Below are positions 27,665 through 42,067 of a stretch of DNA of 64,000 nucleotides, one piece after another. Where the stretch lies: the NCBI GenBank assembly GCA_951406725.2, contig OX597819.1:36580001-36644000 (forward strand). Reading direction: 5' to 3'. Below the pieces are notes generated by a model that was not told where the DNA came from, did no database searches, and was given only the letters and a program-made list of their open reading frames with translations. A program made the translations under genes and the position numbers. The first letter of the stretch is position 1; each line of letters begins with the position of its first letter. Origin of the DNA: Octopus vulgaris. Its lineage: Eukaryota.

Positions 27665-28070
27665 ATCTTTTATTTTTTTACTTGTTTCAGTCATTAGATT
27701 GGTGTCATGTAGGGGCACCATCTTGGATACTGTTTTATTACTTTTAGTCGAATAAATCGACCTCAGTACATCTGTTTCGAAGTCTGGAACCACTAGCTTG
27801 CAGGGACGCAAACACACCAACACCGTTTGTCAAACGGTGGTGGGGAGTCAATCACAGACACAATGACACACACATATTGATATATAATTAAATATAAACA
27901 TATATACATATATATATACAAACGACGGACTTCTTTCAGTTTCCGTCTAACAAATCCACTCACAGGCCATTGGTTAGCCCGAAGCTGTAGTAGAAGATAC
28001 CTTCCGAAAGTGCTATACAGTGGGACTAAACCCAGAAACATGTGGTTGGGAAGCAAGATTCTTACCACAT
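27665..28070 (-). mobile_element. SINE family B, diverged
   Basis: tttcagtttccgtct..caaatccactcaca and tttacttgtttcagtcatt motifs. Confidence 0.65.
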
Positions 28071-28115
28071 GTTCAGTTATGTTTTTATGTAGGCATATGT
28101 GTGTGTGTGTGTGTT

Positions 28116-28337
28116 CAGTGATCCCTCGACTATCGAAGATGTTACGTTCCAAACCCCACTGAGATAGATGAAAATCCGCGAAGCTGAAACAGTACAGTAC
28201 TGAATAGTTTTAAAATTAGTTTTATAATTTGTATAGTTTCATTTTATTATAAATACAAAACAACACAACAGAGGAGTCGACGTATGCTTAAATAATAAAC
28301 CGCAATAGGTGAACCGCGATATGGCTAGGGATTACTG
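28116..28337. mobile_element. Tigger/pogo-like MITE
   Basis: Imperfect TIRs CAGTGATCCCT.../...AGGGATTACTG with subterminal ccgcga motifs. Confidence 0.6.
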
Positions 28338-28345
28338 TCTGTATG

Positions 28346-28391
<46 letters not shown>

Positions 28392-28393
<2 letters not shown>

Positions 28394-28744
28394 AGCAGTA
28401 TTGCCCGGCGTTGCTCGGGTTTGTTTCGACCCGTTAGAATTGGAATTTTTGAAAAGTAAAAATTTTGCATTATGTAGCTTGTTATTCTCTTTAAGTGAAC
28501 ATTTTTCTGTTTGAAATACACCGAAAAATGGCGACACAGCAGTAAAAAAATCGTAAAAAGTAGGGATTTTCATAGAAAAAAGCACCTTTTTGATGTAAAT
28601 AATTTTTGGTGTTAACATAGTCCGATTTTTTATACAGAAGTAAGAGCAAGCCTTCTTCTATCATACTCTCAATTTCGGTTAACTTGCGCCGCAGGGTCCC
28701 GGAGGAGATAGTGTTAGTTGAAGGCCATACATAGACAACTTCAG

Positions 28745-28745
<1 letters not shown>
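28392..28745 (-). mobile_element. Non-autonomous Helitron-like element in (TA)n
   Basis: 3' hairpin cccgagcaacgccggg close to a mutated CTAG end. The same terminus occurs at 50045. Confidence 0.6.
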
Positions 28746-28775
<30 letters not shown>

Positions 28776-28780
<5 letters not shown>

Positions 28781-29146
28781 TTTATAAAAGGATCTTCTAC
28801 TGGACTAGAACTGTTTCATTCGAATGAAATCTTCAGGAAGCTGGCTGTCAAAATAAGGTCTGGTATTTATACATTTAGGCAGATTTAATGGGGTGGTGGT
28901 GGGGGACGTTTTTTGGGTAAGCACGGCACAAACTATCGTTCTTAGGGGAGTGGTCAAAAGAAGATACCTATTTTTGCCTAAATGTATAAATACCAGACCT
29001 TATTTTGACAGCTAGCTTCCTGAAGATTTCATTTGAATGAAACAGTTCTAGTCCTGTAGAAGCTCCTTCTATAAAATAAATTAATTTACTCTGCTATGTA
29101 TTGAGTACCTTATTTACTGTGGTTAACCCCGACTCAACCCGGGACC

Positions 29147-29150
<4 letters not shown>
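28776..29150. mobile_element. Penelope-like pseudo-LTR remnant in inverted arrangement
   Basis: Inverted repeat of about 105 bp (28776-28880 vs 28975-29080). Each arm carries a hammerhead core. Flanked by (TA)n. Confidence 0.65.
29014..29064 (+). ncRNA. Type I hammerhead ribozyme motif
   Basis: Stem I AGCTTC/GAAGCT, core CTGAAGA, stem II ttc-attt-gaa (U.U at its base), GAAA, stem III CAG/CTG with loop ttCTAGtc, cleavage triplet GTA. Confidence 0.72.
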
Positions 29151-29197
<47 letters not shown>

Positions 29198-29429
29198 CTC
29201 ATTTGTCTATTTATATATATTTATGTATTCTGGAATTTTATTTCCAATTCATTGAGAATATATGTATTTATATAAGTTTCGAATGTGCATTTTAATTATG
29301 TTCTTTTAGACTCCGCATGTGTTGCCTCCATAAAAATATTATTTCGAATATATCTCACAACGTGCACTACATCTTCCTATATGTATATTAATGTGAGTTA
29401 TTGTTAACATTAACAAGCTCTAAATAAAC

Positions 29430-29486
<57 letters not shown>

Positions 29487-30563
29487 TATATGAATGTATG
29501 TATATATGTAAGTATGTATGTATGTTTGTATATATCTATGTAGATTTAGATAATTATAATTTTTGTGGCAGTTTGATATATGTGTGTATGGGTGTGGGTG
29601 TGTAAACGGGAAGTCCTTAAGCAAGTGCTCAAATATTTCAGCTGATCATACTAAGTGCCAGCGCACGAGTTGGCAGCAGAGAATAAATACAAGGGGACAT
29701 TTAAGGGCTATGCACTCGAAGAACGAAGATGACACGCGCGCGCACTGTCACACACACAAGTACAGATGTCTCCATACACATACTGGTACACAAATACATA
29801 ATATATAGACATATATATATATATGCATACATATATATATATATTATTTATATATATATTCTTATATACATACATCTATGTGTATATATATGTGCCGATA
29901 TATACATTTATATATACACACACACATATATACATATGTATATATACACATATATACACATATATACATATATATGTTCACATGTGTATATATATATATA
30001 CACATACACACACACACATATATTTATATATATGTCTTCTACTATAGCCTCGGGTAAACTTTTGTTGACTATGTTAAGGGACATAAAAAAGTCAGCAAAA
30101 AGTTAGACACTCTGACAAACATTGTGCAGAAGCTAAGACGTGTTTTCGCGCATGTTCGCGCATGCGCTAGTTTTGCATACGTTATGACGTTTCTCATGAA
30201 ATCTTTTTAAATAAACATCATGGCACCATTAATAATCATAGTTTTTACATGATATCTATATTAATGCTGTCTGTTGAAAGTGCTATTGTAATTTCGTCTT
30301 ACGTTTGCTCTGATTGAGCAGACCTAAAGATTAAAATCATTCCAAACGTGGTCTCTTCGGATTTTTATTTTATCTGGATACAATAGACCATAAGTGATGT
30401 GTCCTTGCTTTTGTAAAACGAAAATTAAACAGTTTGAGTATTATTTAGCTGCAATTTCTAGCAAGTTGAGCGACTATGTACAGCCACCTATTTTTGACGT
30501 ATCTGTATTTCAATTTGAAATTCTAATATGGGTGAATCGAAGAGAGTGAGCAAGAGAGAGAGA

Positions 30564-30607
<44 letters not shown>

Positions 30608-31659
30608 TAGACAGATAGGCAGAGAGAGAGCTGAATACAAAATATACTGTGTCTGGTTTATTGTAATATAAGTAAACAATTGACAATATATACATGTAAA
30701 TTGCTGTCAGTTGAACTACTGATGTATTGTAAATACAAAGCATTTCTTTTAATGCACGAGGCAAACCGTATGACCCAGAAGTCGGTTCTACAAAACGTTT
30801 AGTCGGCTACAGTGACATTTGTATATTTAGGAAAAGGTTGTGTACATACAAATCACAAATGTAACAGTTGGTAACACCATGAGTAGCAGTAATACAACCC
30901 AACAAGGAACGGGCAATGAAATGGAGCGATTGCTTCACATGTTTTCCACACCCGTTTGCTTTCAAAGTAATGCTACATCTAGTTATTATGCATTAACTGG
31001 TAGTTTTAGTAAGTTCATAACTAACCTTATTTTCTGTTACACCTGATTTTCTTTTTCTATTACGTGTCTTTTTAAACAACCTTATAATTATTTTTGTACA
31101 ACCATCCGAAACAGGCATGTGACTACATTTTCAATGACCTGCAATTCTACGTGTCGCAGTTATTTTGTTTAGTAAAACTATTAAAAAAGGTTTGTTTACA
31201 TAATATTTTCATACTATGACAGGCAATTTTCTAACGAAGACTAAATAGGCATATGTTTTCATGGAACTACGATATAGAAAAAAATGACGGAATTGATTAT
31301 TTTATTTATTTTCGTTATTGGTTTGGAAGAAAATATTAAGAATATAATGCGTTAAATATAATGCATAGTTTTTATATAATATACATGACAGAAAAATAAT
31401 TTCACAAGATACGTAATTTGATAAACAAAACCTTTCCTCTTTCCAACAGCTAACGTATTTATTTACTCAAGAAGAGTAAATGGAAAGTTATTTTAAAAAT
31501 TTTAATTGAAACAGATAGTAAACGCTGAAAAGATACACTGATGCGAAAAATGTATAGAAACGATTATCTTTAAATAGACGATGTGGAATCAACAATCTTT
31601 GACTCTTACTCTATAGGCAATATGTTATTGTCCGTGCCAACTAGAGAAAGTCATTCAAC

Positions 31660-32172
31660 TCATCATTGTTCGACCGTGGTGGGGACAATGGAATTCACCA
31701 TACTACGCCAGACTTCACGGTCCATCATAGCATTACGGAGGTCCTGTTGCTGGATGCCTGTATCCCTGGAGATTACATCAGGGTAGGAATGTGTGCGCCC
31801 TCTGGTATGTCGAGTACATTGCTTCCAGAGGAGAAGAGCAGAAATTGCCTCGTTTTCAGCTCTTCAACAATGTCCAGCAAACTGGACTCTCCTACCTTTC
31901 ACAAGAGATGACACAGGTGGTAGTTTCCCATATATTTGCATTTTGGTTGGATGACGCTTCCACGAGAGATTTTGAGCTCTCATAAGGAGGCGAGTGTAGG
32001 TTCCATCCAACCGCCTCTCAAGCTTCTTTGATAACGTCCAGGTTTCTGAGCCATATAGTAGAATTGGTTCGACTGTGGCTTTGAAGATTTCAAGTTTGAA
32101 GTCTCTATTTAGATTTGATGACCAGATCTTATGCGTATCATTACAAGCTGACCAGGCCATACCCTTTCTAGG
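31660..32172 (-). mobile_element. RTE-clade LINE 3' fragment
   Basis: KLEIFKATVEPILLYGSETWTL...RRVQFAGHC, continuing after a disruption to ...YPDVISRDTG...AMMDREVWRSMV. Confidence 0.85.
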
Positions 32173-32617
32173 TAGAAGGATATACTAGACAATGTTGATC
32201 CTGATATACAAAGACATTGGATTGTCATGACCTGAATGCTATTGAGCATATGTCTGCTCGATCAGGGTTGATCTAGAGCTAAGCAACAACATATGGTCTG
32301 CCAGAGTTAGGGGGAAAAGTAAGTAAAACTAATGTTCATTGAAAGATTCATACGTGACGGACTAAGAAGTAAAAGAGCGAAAGGATAAAGAAACATTGAT
32401 TAAACAACATTTATATCTAGTGTCTCGAAATACAAGCCTATAACATGTATTAAAAGAGGAGTACACTGGAAAATGTATAACAAAAATAATGCATTTCAAT
32501 ATAAATAGTAAATTATTAGTATTATTCATTGGTCAAAACTTATACTGGTGAGGAAATGACAAAACATTATCAAGTTAATGTTGAGAATATTTAAGAAAAA
32601 GAAATATAATGTATACG

Positions 32618-33250
<633 letters not shown>

Positions 33251-33349
33251 GTGTGTGTGTGTGTACATGTACACCGACACACACACACATATATGTTGTA
33301 TTTCGGGACGGTCATTATTTTTTTTGCCAAATAAACACAAGCACTATAT

Positions 33350-34401
33350 ATTCGTTCTTCACTCGTTTATTACTCTTCTTACTGGGTCATTCTGAAGGTG
33401 GACATAGTCAGTGTAAAATCGCAGAAAACCTAGGAATCCCGTTTTCTACAGTTAATAGAAAGATTGTGCAATCCATCACATAGAGGAAGGAATTCACATC
33501 ACCTCGCTCAGATCAACCAGAGCCCTTTGACAGGACCCTTTTCTTTGCTAAGAGAAGTGTGCAGCATAATCCTCATTTTGAAGGCCTCTGACATCGCTGA
33601 ACAAGTTGATGCCAGTCTCAGAACAGCTGTCAGATATCTCCACAAACTTGGTTACTATGGCAGAGCAGCAAGAAGGAAGCCACTTCTTCGACCAGCCAAC
33701 ATCAAGCGGAGAGAAGGTTGGGCCAGTGAGATGGTAGAGAGGCCACTAGCATTTTGGGAGACTGTCATATTCTCTAATGAGTCCAGATTTGCTGTATTTC
33801 CTGACAGTCATTAAGAAGTTGATGTGAAAAGATTGCAACCAACAATGAAACACGGCAGCTTTTCTGTGATGGTCTGGGGATCAATTTGGAGCAATGGTTG
33901 ATCAGAGCTGATGGAGTGTAAGGGAAAAGATAAACTCAGGTAAATATGTCCACATTGCAGAAAGGACTCTTTCCAATATTCTTCAGTGGTGAAATGATTA
34001 AAGAATACTCTTTATTTATAGAAGCTGGAGTCCTTGTCACACAGCTAAAATGACCCAAGATTTGTTGGATGAGAATGGCATTAAAAAGCTTCCATGGTCA
34101 AGCCAGTCACCAGATATGAACGCTATTTAACACCTCAGAGACACAATGGGCATGACTCTTCATAAAAAGAACAAAAAAAGCATGTTCAAAGAAACTATGC
34201 AAGAAATTCCGCAAGAGAATGTTCGTAATCTGATCAGTAATTTGCCTAATAGGGTTTTTGCATTGAAAAATGCAAAGGGCATGTCTACTAAATATGAAAT
34301 ATTCACATTAGTTCAATTAATAAATAATTTGAATGCATAATATCAGATTTAAATAAATTTTAATGATAAGGGTGTCTATTTACTTTTGTTATGTCTATGT
34401 A
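33350..34401 (+). mobile_element. Decayed Tc1-family transposon (transposase pseudogene)
   Basis: [39 protein letters not shown] (FSDESRF), VMVWG, WSSQSPDMNAI (WPSQSPDLNPI), C-terminal KNAKGMSTKY. Multiple stops and frameshifts. Confidence 0.88.
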
Positions 34402-34769
34402 CATCTGCATACATACACTCGTATACATACATACATATAAATATATATACATATATATGCATACATATACAGATGTATATATACATGAATTTATACACAC
34501 ATAATACATATGCATGCATATACATATTTATACACATACAGGCACTCATACATACACATTCATACATTTACATGCACATATACCAACATGACTATCAGTA
34601 TGGATACAGTGAAACAGATTAGTTGCAGATATATAGGGAGAACAAGTGAAAAACTGAATGAGAGAAATGAGCGAGGAAATAGCCGGTTAATTACAGTTGA
34701 ATTAACCAACAGGCCCTGACAAATTAAGGGTACTGTACCATAAGCGTGCATAAATCAGAAATGAAATTT

Positions 34770-34964
34770 TACGAAAATAAGAAAACAACGAAACTAATGC
34801 ATATAAGTATCTGGGTATTTTGGAATATGACAAAATCAAGGAAAGTAGATTCAAGGAAAGCTTTAGGCGAGAATATCTCAGAAGAGCCAAATTAATTATG
34901 AGAAGAAGGCTGAATAGAACAAACAAGATTGGGACAATAAACACATGGGCTCTTTCCTTAATGC

Positions 34965-34967
<3 letters not shown>
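34770..34967 (+). mobile_element. R4/Dong-like RT C-terminal fragment
   Basis: YKYLGILEYDKIK...EYLRRAKLI...LNRTNKIGTINTWALSLMRY. Confidence 0.7.
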
Positions 34968-35027
<60 letters not shown>

Positions 35028-35071
35028 TCCTTTTGCAGGATTCCTTATGTGAAATCGTGTGCTGAAACATA

Positions 35072-35318
35072 TATTGTTGTATTTCGGGAGGGTCATTTTA
35101 TTTCTTTATTTCTTTATTTGCCAAATAGACAAGTGGAGCAAGAATACACACAGAAACGAATATATCGCTGAAAAGGTCACAGTTTCCGGACAATGGATAG
35201 GCGTTAAAATAATAAAAAAGCAGTAATAAATGAGTGAAGAAAACATATTTAGTGCCCATGTTTATTTGGCAAAAATAAATAAATAAATAAAATGACCATC
35301 CCGAAATGCAAAAATATA
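35072..35318. repeat. Inverted-repeat element (about 60-bp arms); related termini at about 33294-33340 and 56060-56130
   Basis: ttgtatttcgggagggtcatttt...tttgccaaata vs tatttggcaaa...aaatgaccatcccgaaatgcaa. Confidence 0.55.
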
Positions 35319-35327
35319 CATACATAC

Positions 35328-35358
<31 letters not shown>

Positions 35359-35360
35359 CA

Positions 35361-35418
<58 letters not shown>

Positions 35419-36576
35419 CGTATATATTCAAATGTATGTGCGTATATATTCAAATGTATTTGGTTTAAAGCAGAAAACTAGATTGCCCATATAAGTCATG
35501 CTTTCTGCTCAACTGTTATTTCATTAATATATGCATTACGACACGTATATTTACATATTTGTGATGCAAATTTTAATTAATCTAAATTTAGTGAAATTAA
35601 TTGATACAGCTATGTATACTCAAATCATCAGGAATGTTTTGTTACGTTAATGAAGAAATTGTTGATGCTAGAAGAAAGTCGTAGAGACAAAGATAAAGGA
35701 ATTAAATTCTGGTCTTTATTCCTATTATAAACATAATAAAAATTCTACATTTCATTAATTGAAAAATCCAATCACCCTCGATACATATATTGTTTAGTGA
35801 GAATTAAAATTACTGATCTTTTAGCTAATGAATACGTCGTTAATGACAACTCAGGTTGCTATAACGATACTCCAACGCGAAGTGGATATGATGAAGAAAA
35901 GATATCATTAACACCAAACATAAATGATAACTTAATTATTCTAAGTATGTATGAATAAATATATAACTATATACACATGTATGCATAGCACATATATGTA
36001 TTTATATAAACACGAGCAAAACGCCCCCCGTCCAATGGACGGTGCTGAATCATATCTGCTGAATAGAAAGCAATCAGTGTTTTCTTTTCATTAAAAAATA
36101 ATTAAGCATGCTTTTATTTCAATAAAATGTTTGGTTTTGTTAAACGAAGTTAAGGCAAAAAGAACTTCTTGAGAAACCAAATAGTCTTTCCTTCCTTCAT
36201 GCCAAGTTTCAAGAAAATATCTCTTTTGCATCTTACTTTCTTGGTCTCTTAAATATACTGCATTTTGTGGCATTATTTCAAACCAGCCGGCTTTTTTTGT
36301 GCAAACAGCACGTGCATTTTTCTCGCGTACGCGTAGTATCGATCGCTAAGAGCTGATGTACTTGCGCGTACAAATGCACGTTCCCACGGCTTTATCGGTG
36401 GCATTCACACCTGGAATGCCTTTTCAGGTAGCATAAGTCTTAGCTTGTATATCATCAGTGGCGTCGTAACTATGTTGTTCTATTACTAGTTGAAGTCATT
36501 TAACTGTAACCAAGCTGGGGCACCGCCTTCAAGTATTTTAGCTGATTATTTTAATCGCCATATTTAATTCAGTTTC

Positions 36577-36790
36577 AAGGCGGGGAGCTGGCAGAATCGT
36601 TAGCACGTCGGGCAAAATGCTTAGCGACATTTAATCCGTCTTTACGTTCTGAGTTCAAATGCTGGAGAGGTTGGCTTCGCCTTTCATCCTTTCGGAGTTG
36701 ATAAAATAAGTATCAGATGAGCACTAGGATTGATATAATCGACTTGCCCCTCCCCTGAAATTGCTGGCCTCGTGTCAAAATTTGAAATCG
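36577..36790 (+). mobile_element. SINE family A, diverged
   Basis: aaggcggggagctggcagaatcgttagc...gttctgagttcaaat...gcctttcatcctttcgg. Confidence 0.75.
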
Positions 36791-37104
36791 ATACTTAATT
36801 CAGTTTGATTCACATATTTACTTACGGAGCCACTGTTTGAGATAATGAGTCTAGTCGCAACTAGATACTAGTTTACACCGATATGCACTAATACACATAC
36901 ACACCGACGGGATTCCACACATTCTCAATCTGCTAAATTCTACTAAAAATTTATTGCTCTCTCAAGTTTATATGAAAAGTTACGTGCATAAATTGAACCT
37001 CTTAACTACAGCGCTGTGATTTTGTTCTTCTAATTTTTAAGATATCTACTGAGGTTAAATCTGTTTTATTAATCTTAGAAATACCTCATGAGACTAAATT
37101 ACTT

Positions 37105-37155
<51 letters not shown>

Positions 37156-37160
<5 letters not shown>

Positions 37161-40100
37161 ATCCAAACAAGAAAACACAGAAAAAAACACAGCAACGCGA
37201 GGACGTGGAACAATTAAAGTATTATTTGACGCTCAGGAAAGAAGGGAAGGAGAGTTTAACGTTTCGACCGGAGCTCTTCGCCGGAAACAAGGAGAAGGAA
37301 AGATCCCAAGAAGGGAAGACAGAGGAAAAAAAATATTTTTGCTGGTGGTGCTCAAGAGATCACATGTTGAAAGAACAGAAGTTGAGAGGTAGGCGAATCA
37401 TGATTTTTAAAACAAGAGAGTTTCAAAAAAAGGAATGTGTGTGGGTGCGTGCGTGTGTGTGTGTGTGTGTGTGCATGTATGGTGAATAATAAGCATGGCA
37501 AGTTAGCTGTCATAAGGCACTCCTTTATGACAGCTAGCTTGTTTGTATCCAGCCAGGTCAAAGCCAGGTCAAAAAACAAAGGGGTATATGTGTGTGCGTG
37601 TAAGTATATGTATCATGTGTGTGTGTTGTTTGTAGTGTGTGTGTGTGCATGTGTGTGTTCGTGTGTGTATGCGTAGAGTGTGGGTGTGTGGCGAGTAACT
37701 GCTTAACCTAGTGTATGTGTGCGTGTGTGCTTGTACGTGCGTGTGTGTGTGTGTAGGGATGTATGTGTGGGTTCATTTGTGTGAGTGTGTATGTATGTAC
37801 GTGTATGTGTGTGCGTGTATGTGTGCGTTTGTATGTGTTTATGTGTATGTGTGCGTGTGCGGATAGGTGTATATTGTGTATGTATATCTGTCGGTGTGTA
37901 TGTGAATTTGTGTGCGTTTGTACGTGTGTATGTGTATGTGCGTGTATAGTATATATATGTAAATATGTTGTGTGTGTGCGTGTGTGTGTACGTGCGTGCA
38001 AGTGAATGTATGTATATATGTGTGCGTGTGTGTACAATGTAGAGGCTTATATGTGTGTTTATATGTTTATATGTGTGTGTGTATGTATGTATGTGTGTAT
38101 GTGTGAATGTGTGTGTATGTGTATGTATGTATATGTATGCGTGTGTGTATGTATGTATGTGTGTGTATGTGTGTATGTATGCGTGTGTGTATATATGTGT
38201 GTGTATGTGTGTGTGTATGTATGTGTGTGTGTATGTATGTGTGTATGTATGTATGTATGTATGTACGTATGTATGTATGTGTGTGTGTATGTGTGTAAGT
38301 GTGTGTGTGTATGTATGTATGTACGTATGTGTGTATGTATGTATTTATGCATGCGTGTATGTGTGTATGTGTGTATGTGCGTGTGTGTACGTATGTATGT
38401 ATATGTATGTGTGTGTGTATGTATGTATGTATCTATGTATGTAGTGTATGTGTGTATGTGTGTGTGCATGTATGTATATATGTGTGTGTATGTGTGTGTG
38501 TGTATGTGTGTATATGTGTGTGTATGTTTATGCGTATGTATGTATGCATGTGTGTGTATGTGTGTGTGTATGTGTGTGTATGGATGTATGTATGTGTGTG
38601 TATGTATGTTTGTATGTGTGTAAGTGTGTGTGTGTGTATGTATGTACGTGTGTGTGTATGTATGTGTATGTATGTATGTGTGCGTGCGTGTGTGTGTATG
38701 TGTGTGTGTATATGTGTGTGTGTATGTATGTATGTATATGTATGTTTGTGTATGTATGTATCTATGTATGTATGTATGTGTGTATGTGTGTGTATGTATA
38801 TGTATGCGTGTGTGTATGTATGTATGTGTGTATGTATGTAAGTATGTATGTATGTGTGTGTATGTAAGTGTGTGTGTATGTATGTACGGGTGTATGTGTG
38901 TAAGTGTGTGTGTATGTGTATGTGTGTGTATGTATGTATATGTACGCGTGTGTGTATGTATGTGTGTATGTGTGTATAGTATGTATGTGTGTGTATGTAT
39001 GTGTATGTATGTATGTGTATGTATGTATGTGTGCATGTGTGTGTCTGTATGTATGTATATGTATGTGTGTGTGTGTGTATATATGTGTCTCTGTATGTAA
39101 GTGTGTATGTATGTGTGTGTATGTGTGTATGTGTGTGTGTGTATGTATGTATGTATGTATATGTATGCGTGTGTGTATGTAAGTATGTGTGTATGTATGT
39201 ATGTATGAGTGTGTATGTGTGTGTGTGTGTATGTGTGTATGTGTGTGTATGTGTGTGTATGTATGTATGTAAGTGTGTATGTATGTGCGTATGTATGTGT
39301 GTGTGTATGTATGTGTATATATGTATGTGTGCATGCGTGTATGTTTGTATGTGCGTGTGTGTACGTATGTGTGTATATGTATGTGTGTGTGTATGTATGT
39401 ATATGTGTGTGTGTGTATGTATGTATGTATGTATGTATGTATGTGTGTACGTGTGTGTATGTATGTATGTATGTATGTGTGTGTATGTATGTGTGCGTGC
39501 GTGTGTGTGTGTGGGTATGTGTGTGTGTGTATGTGTGTATGTATATGTATGTGTGTGTATGTGTATGTATGTATGTATGTATGTATGTGTGTATGTATGT
39601 GTGTGTGTGAATGTATGTATGTGTGCATATGTGTATGTGTGTGTATGTATGTGTGTATGTATGTATGTGTGTGTGTGTGTGTATGTATATATATATGTAT
39701 GTATGTATGTATGCGTGTGTGTATGTATGTATGTATGAATGTATCTATGTATGTATTATGTGTGTGTACGTATGTATGTGTGTGTGTGTGAATGTATGCG
39801 TGTGGGGGGGGTTGGAGTTTTGTGGGCGTAAGTTACATGCGCGTGCTTGTGTGCGTGTGTGCGCTTACGTGCGTGTATCTGTGCGTCTCAGCTAGGTGTC
39901 TATAGGAATGTGCATATCTGTATGAGTATTGTCCCTGGTGTGTGTGCACGGGCATGTGTGTGTGTGCGCGTGGGTGTGTGTGGGTGTGTGGGTGTGTGTA
40001 TAGGTGTGGAAGTATGTGTGCGTACATGTGCATGTACGTTGTGTGTGTGTGGTGTGTTGGGAGTAGGTGTGTTCGTGGGTACGTGAGTATGTGTGTGTGT

Positions 40101-40431
40101 GTGACTGCATAAGGTCAATTTATAAAAATTAAAAAATATAAAATAAAAAACAAATAATAATGAATAAATAATAAATAAAAAATAAAAGATGCTAGTGGGG
40201 AGAAGTGGAGCGCAGTCACTAAGAGGAGGGGGCTGTGTTGAGTCCGTGTGGGGTTAGAGTCTGTAGAAGGAATATGAGCCGTTGCTCCAAGTGAAGCCTA
40301 GATTGTGGAGAGCCGTTGTGTGGGGCAAGACCAAACACCGAGATGTCATCGGGGGAATGGCTGGCCGAGCGGAAGTGACGTGCGACGGGAGAATTGGACC
40401 GTAGACGAACATCCCTCAGATGTTCGGCGAT
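37156..40431 (-). mobile_element. Penelope-like element 3' part: GIY-YIG endonuclease C-terminus, microsatellite-expanded 3' region and pLTR-like end
   Basis: 40431-40219 translates IAEHLRDVR...SPVARHFRSASHS...RLHLEQRLIFLLQTLTPHGLNTAPSS*. A minimal hammerhead-like motif gttt-ccggcgaagagctccggtcGAAACGTT-aaac lies at about 37254-37288. Linking the two ends is inference. Confidence 0.7.
37430..40105. repeat. Compound (TG)/(TATG) low-complexity array, about 2.7 kb
   Basis: Direct inspection. Confidence 0.95.
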
Positions 40432-42028
40432 ATATATTGATCATGAAATCGCAAGGCAATCTTCCTCAGAGACTTGAAAAGAAATTATATCCCTTTAGCA
40501 TCCATGCTTGAGCAGTTTGTCAAATATGCTTCCCAATAGGAAACAAAGTTTTACTTAATCAGTAGTTTTTGTAATTATTTCGAGTTGTCTTATGTGAACA
40601 AAATTAATTACATCATCATCTCATTTAAAAATTATTAGGTTGAATTCATTTATTCTCTAAGCTAAGTACCAGGTTTCTTCCTACCTAACTGGCCAATGTG
40701 AAATGGACATTTATTTATGCATAACAATACATACACATATAAGTATCAAATTCTTTTCCGAAAAATCAGTTGCAATAGAGTACATCCAATAGAAATTTTT
40801 AATAAAAATAATCGTTTCTAATTCAAGGTAATTTTGAAACAAGTCACTTTAATGGAGTACATCGATGCCAGTACCTAACAGATATTTTCTTTGATCGACT
40901 CCGAAAGGCAAAGCTGGTCTCAGTTTTTAAAAGTTAAGCTTTTGCAATATTTTCCCCCTGTAAACATTTAACCGAGATCTTTTTATTCTATTTAAGTGGT
41001 CGCTTCTAATGAGGATGATGATGATGATGATGATAATGCTGTGGATATATTGTTGTTTTGCCGTTTTGTTGATCCGCTCATCCAGCCTACCCACTTCATC
41101 ATGCCGCTGTAACGGAGTATGAGTCGCTCGAGAAAATCCCATACTTCTTTTTTTTTCTCATGCTTCATCACTCCCAGTACGTTATATTCGCCTCTCTACT
41201 ATGATAGGAAGTGAGAAAACGCAACAGAGTGATTAATGATGTCATATCAATATCCACAGAAGTCGGGCTGTCTAAGGCTTTGTCGGTAACTCCACAAATC
41301 ATGCTCTATGACAACGGTATTTTTCTCTCTATTTGAACGCACTGCAAGACGAAAATCAAAACCTGGCAAATGACAGATAAACTTAGGAAAGACAACGGCC
41401 ATCCAAATAGTATTTCTTTATTAGTATTGCGGCTGAAGACATTGTTACCAGTCCATGATAGCAATGATGATGCGTACCCCGGGACGAAAAACAACAGAAG
41501 TCGCCATTTCGAGGTTAGGTCTACCACAAAAGGAGGATGGTTCCTTCAGCTTTGAGCGACAGCTAGGAATTTGTCTTGGTAAAAAAATCCGGTGGTTGTG
41601 ATACCTTAACACTAAAGTCCCCTTTATGAGTTAAATACCAAATGTATTATCGCAAATGCGTTCACAAGTGCGGATCCCAAAGTAAAGGTTCGGTTCACGA
41701 AGGAATATAAGTTGGTGGGAAAGTTAGTTGGTCAGCAGAATTCTTTACTTATTGGTGTAATTTAGGAGGTTTAACATGTTTGTTTTGGGAAAGTGGGAGC
41801 TATAGTTTGGAGTTTAGTCAAGCATCTAAGATTTTCTGATTAGGTGTGTTTATTTAGATGAGTCAGCTTTAGGATACGGAAAGTCTAGTATAGAAATTTG
41901 TTTATCAAGTGCTTTAAGGTTCATAAAAATAGGTGGGTAGGTGGGTGGAAAGTTTAGGTAATCAGCAGATTACTCGCTAGGAGTTAATATCTCTTGATGT
42001 TATTTGATTACTCTCTCCCTCTCTCTCG

Positions 42029-42067
<39 letters not shown>

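Noticed and set aside
41300-42000. Possible N-terminal region of a Penelope-like ORF on the minus strand (HLVFNS...)
   Set aside because: Too decayed to support without an alignment.
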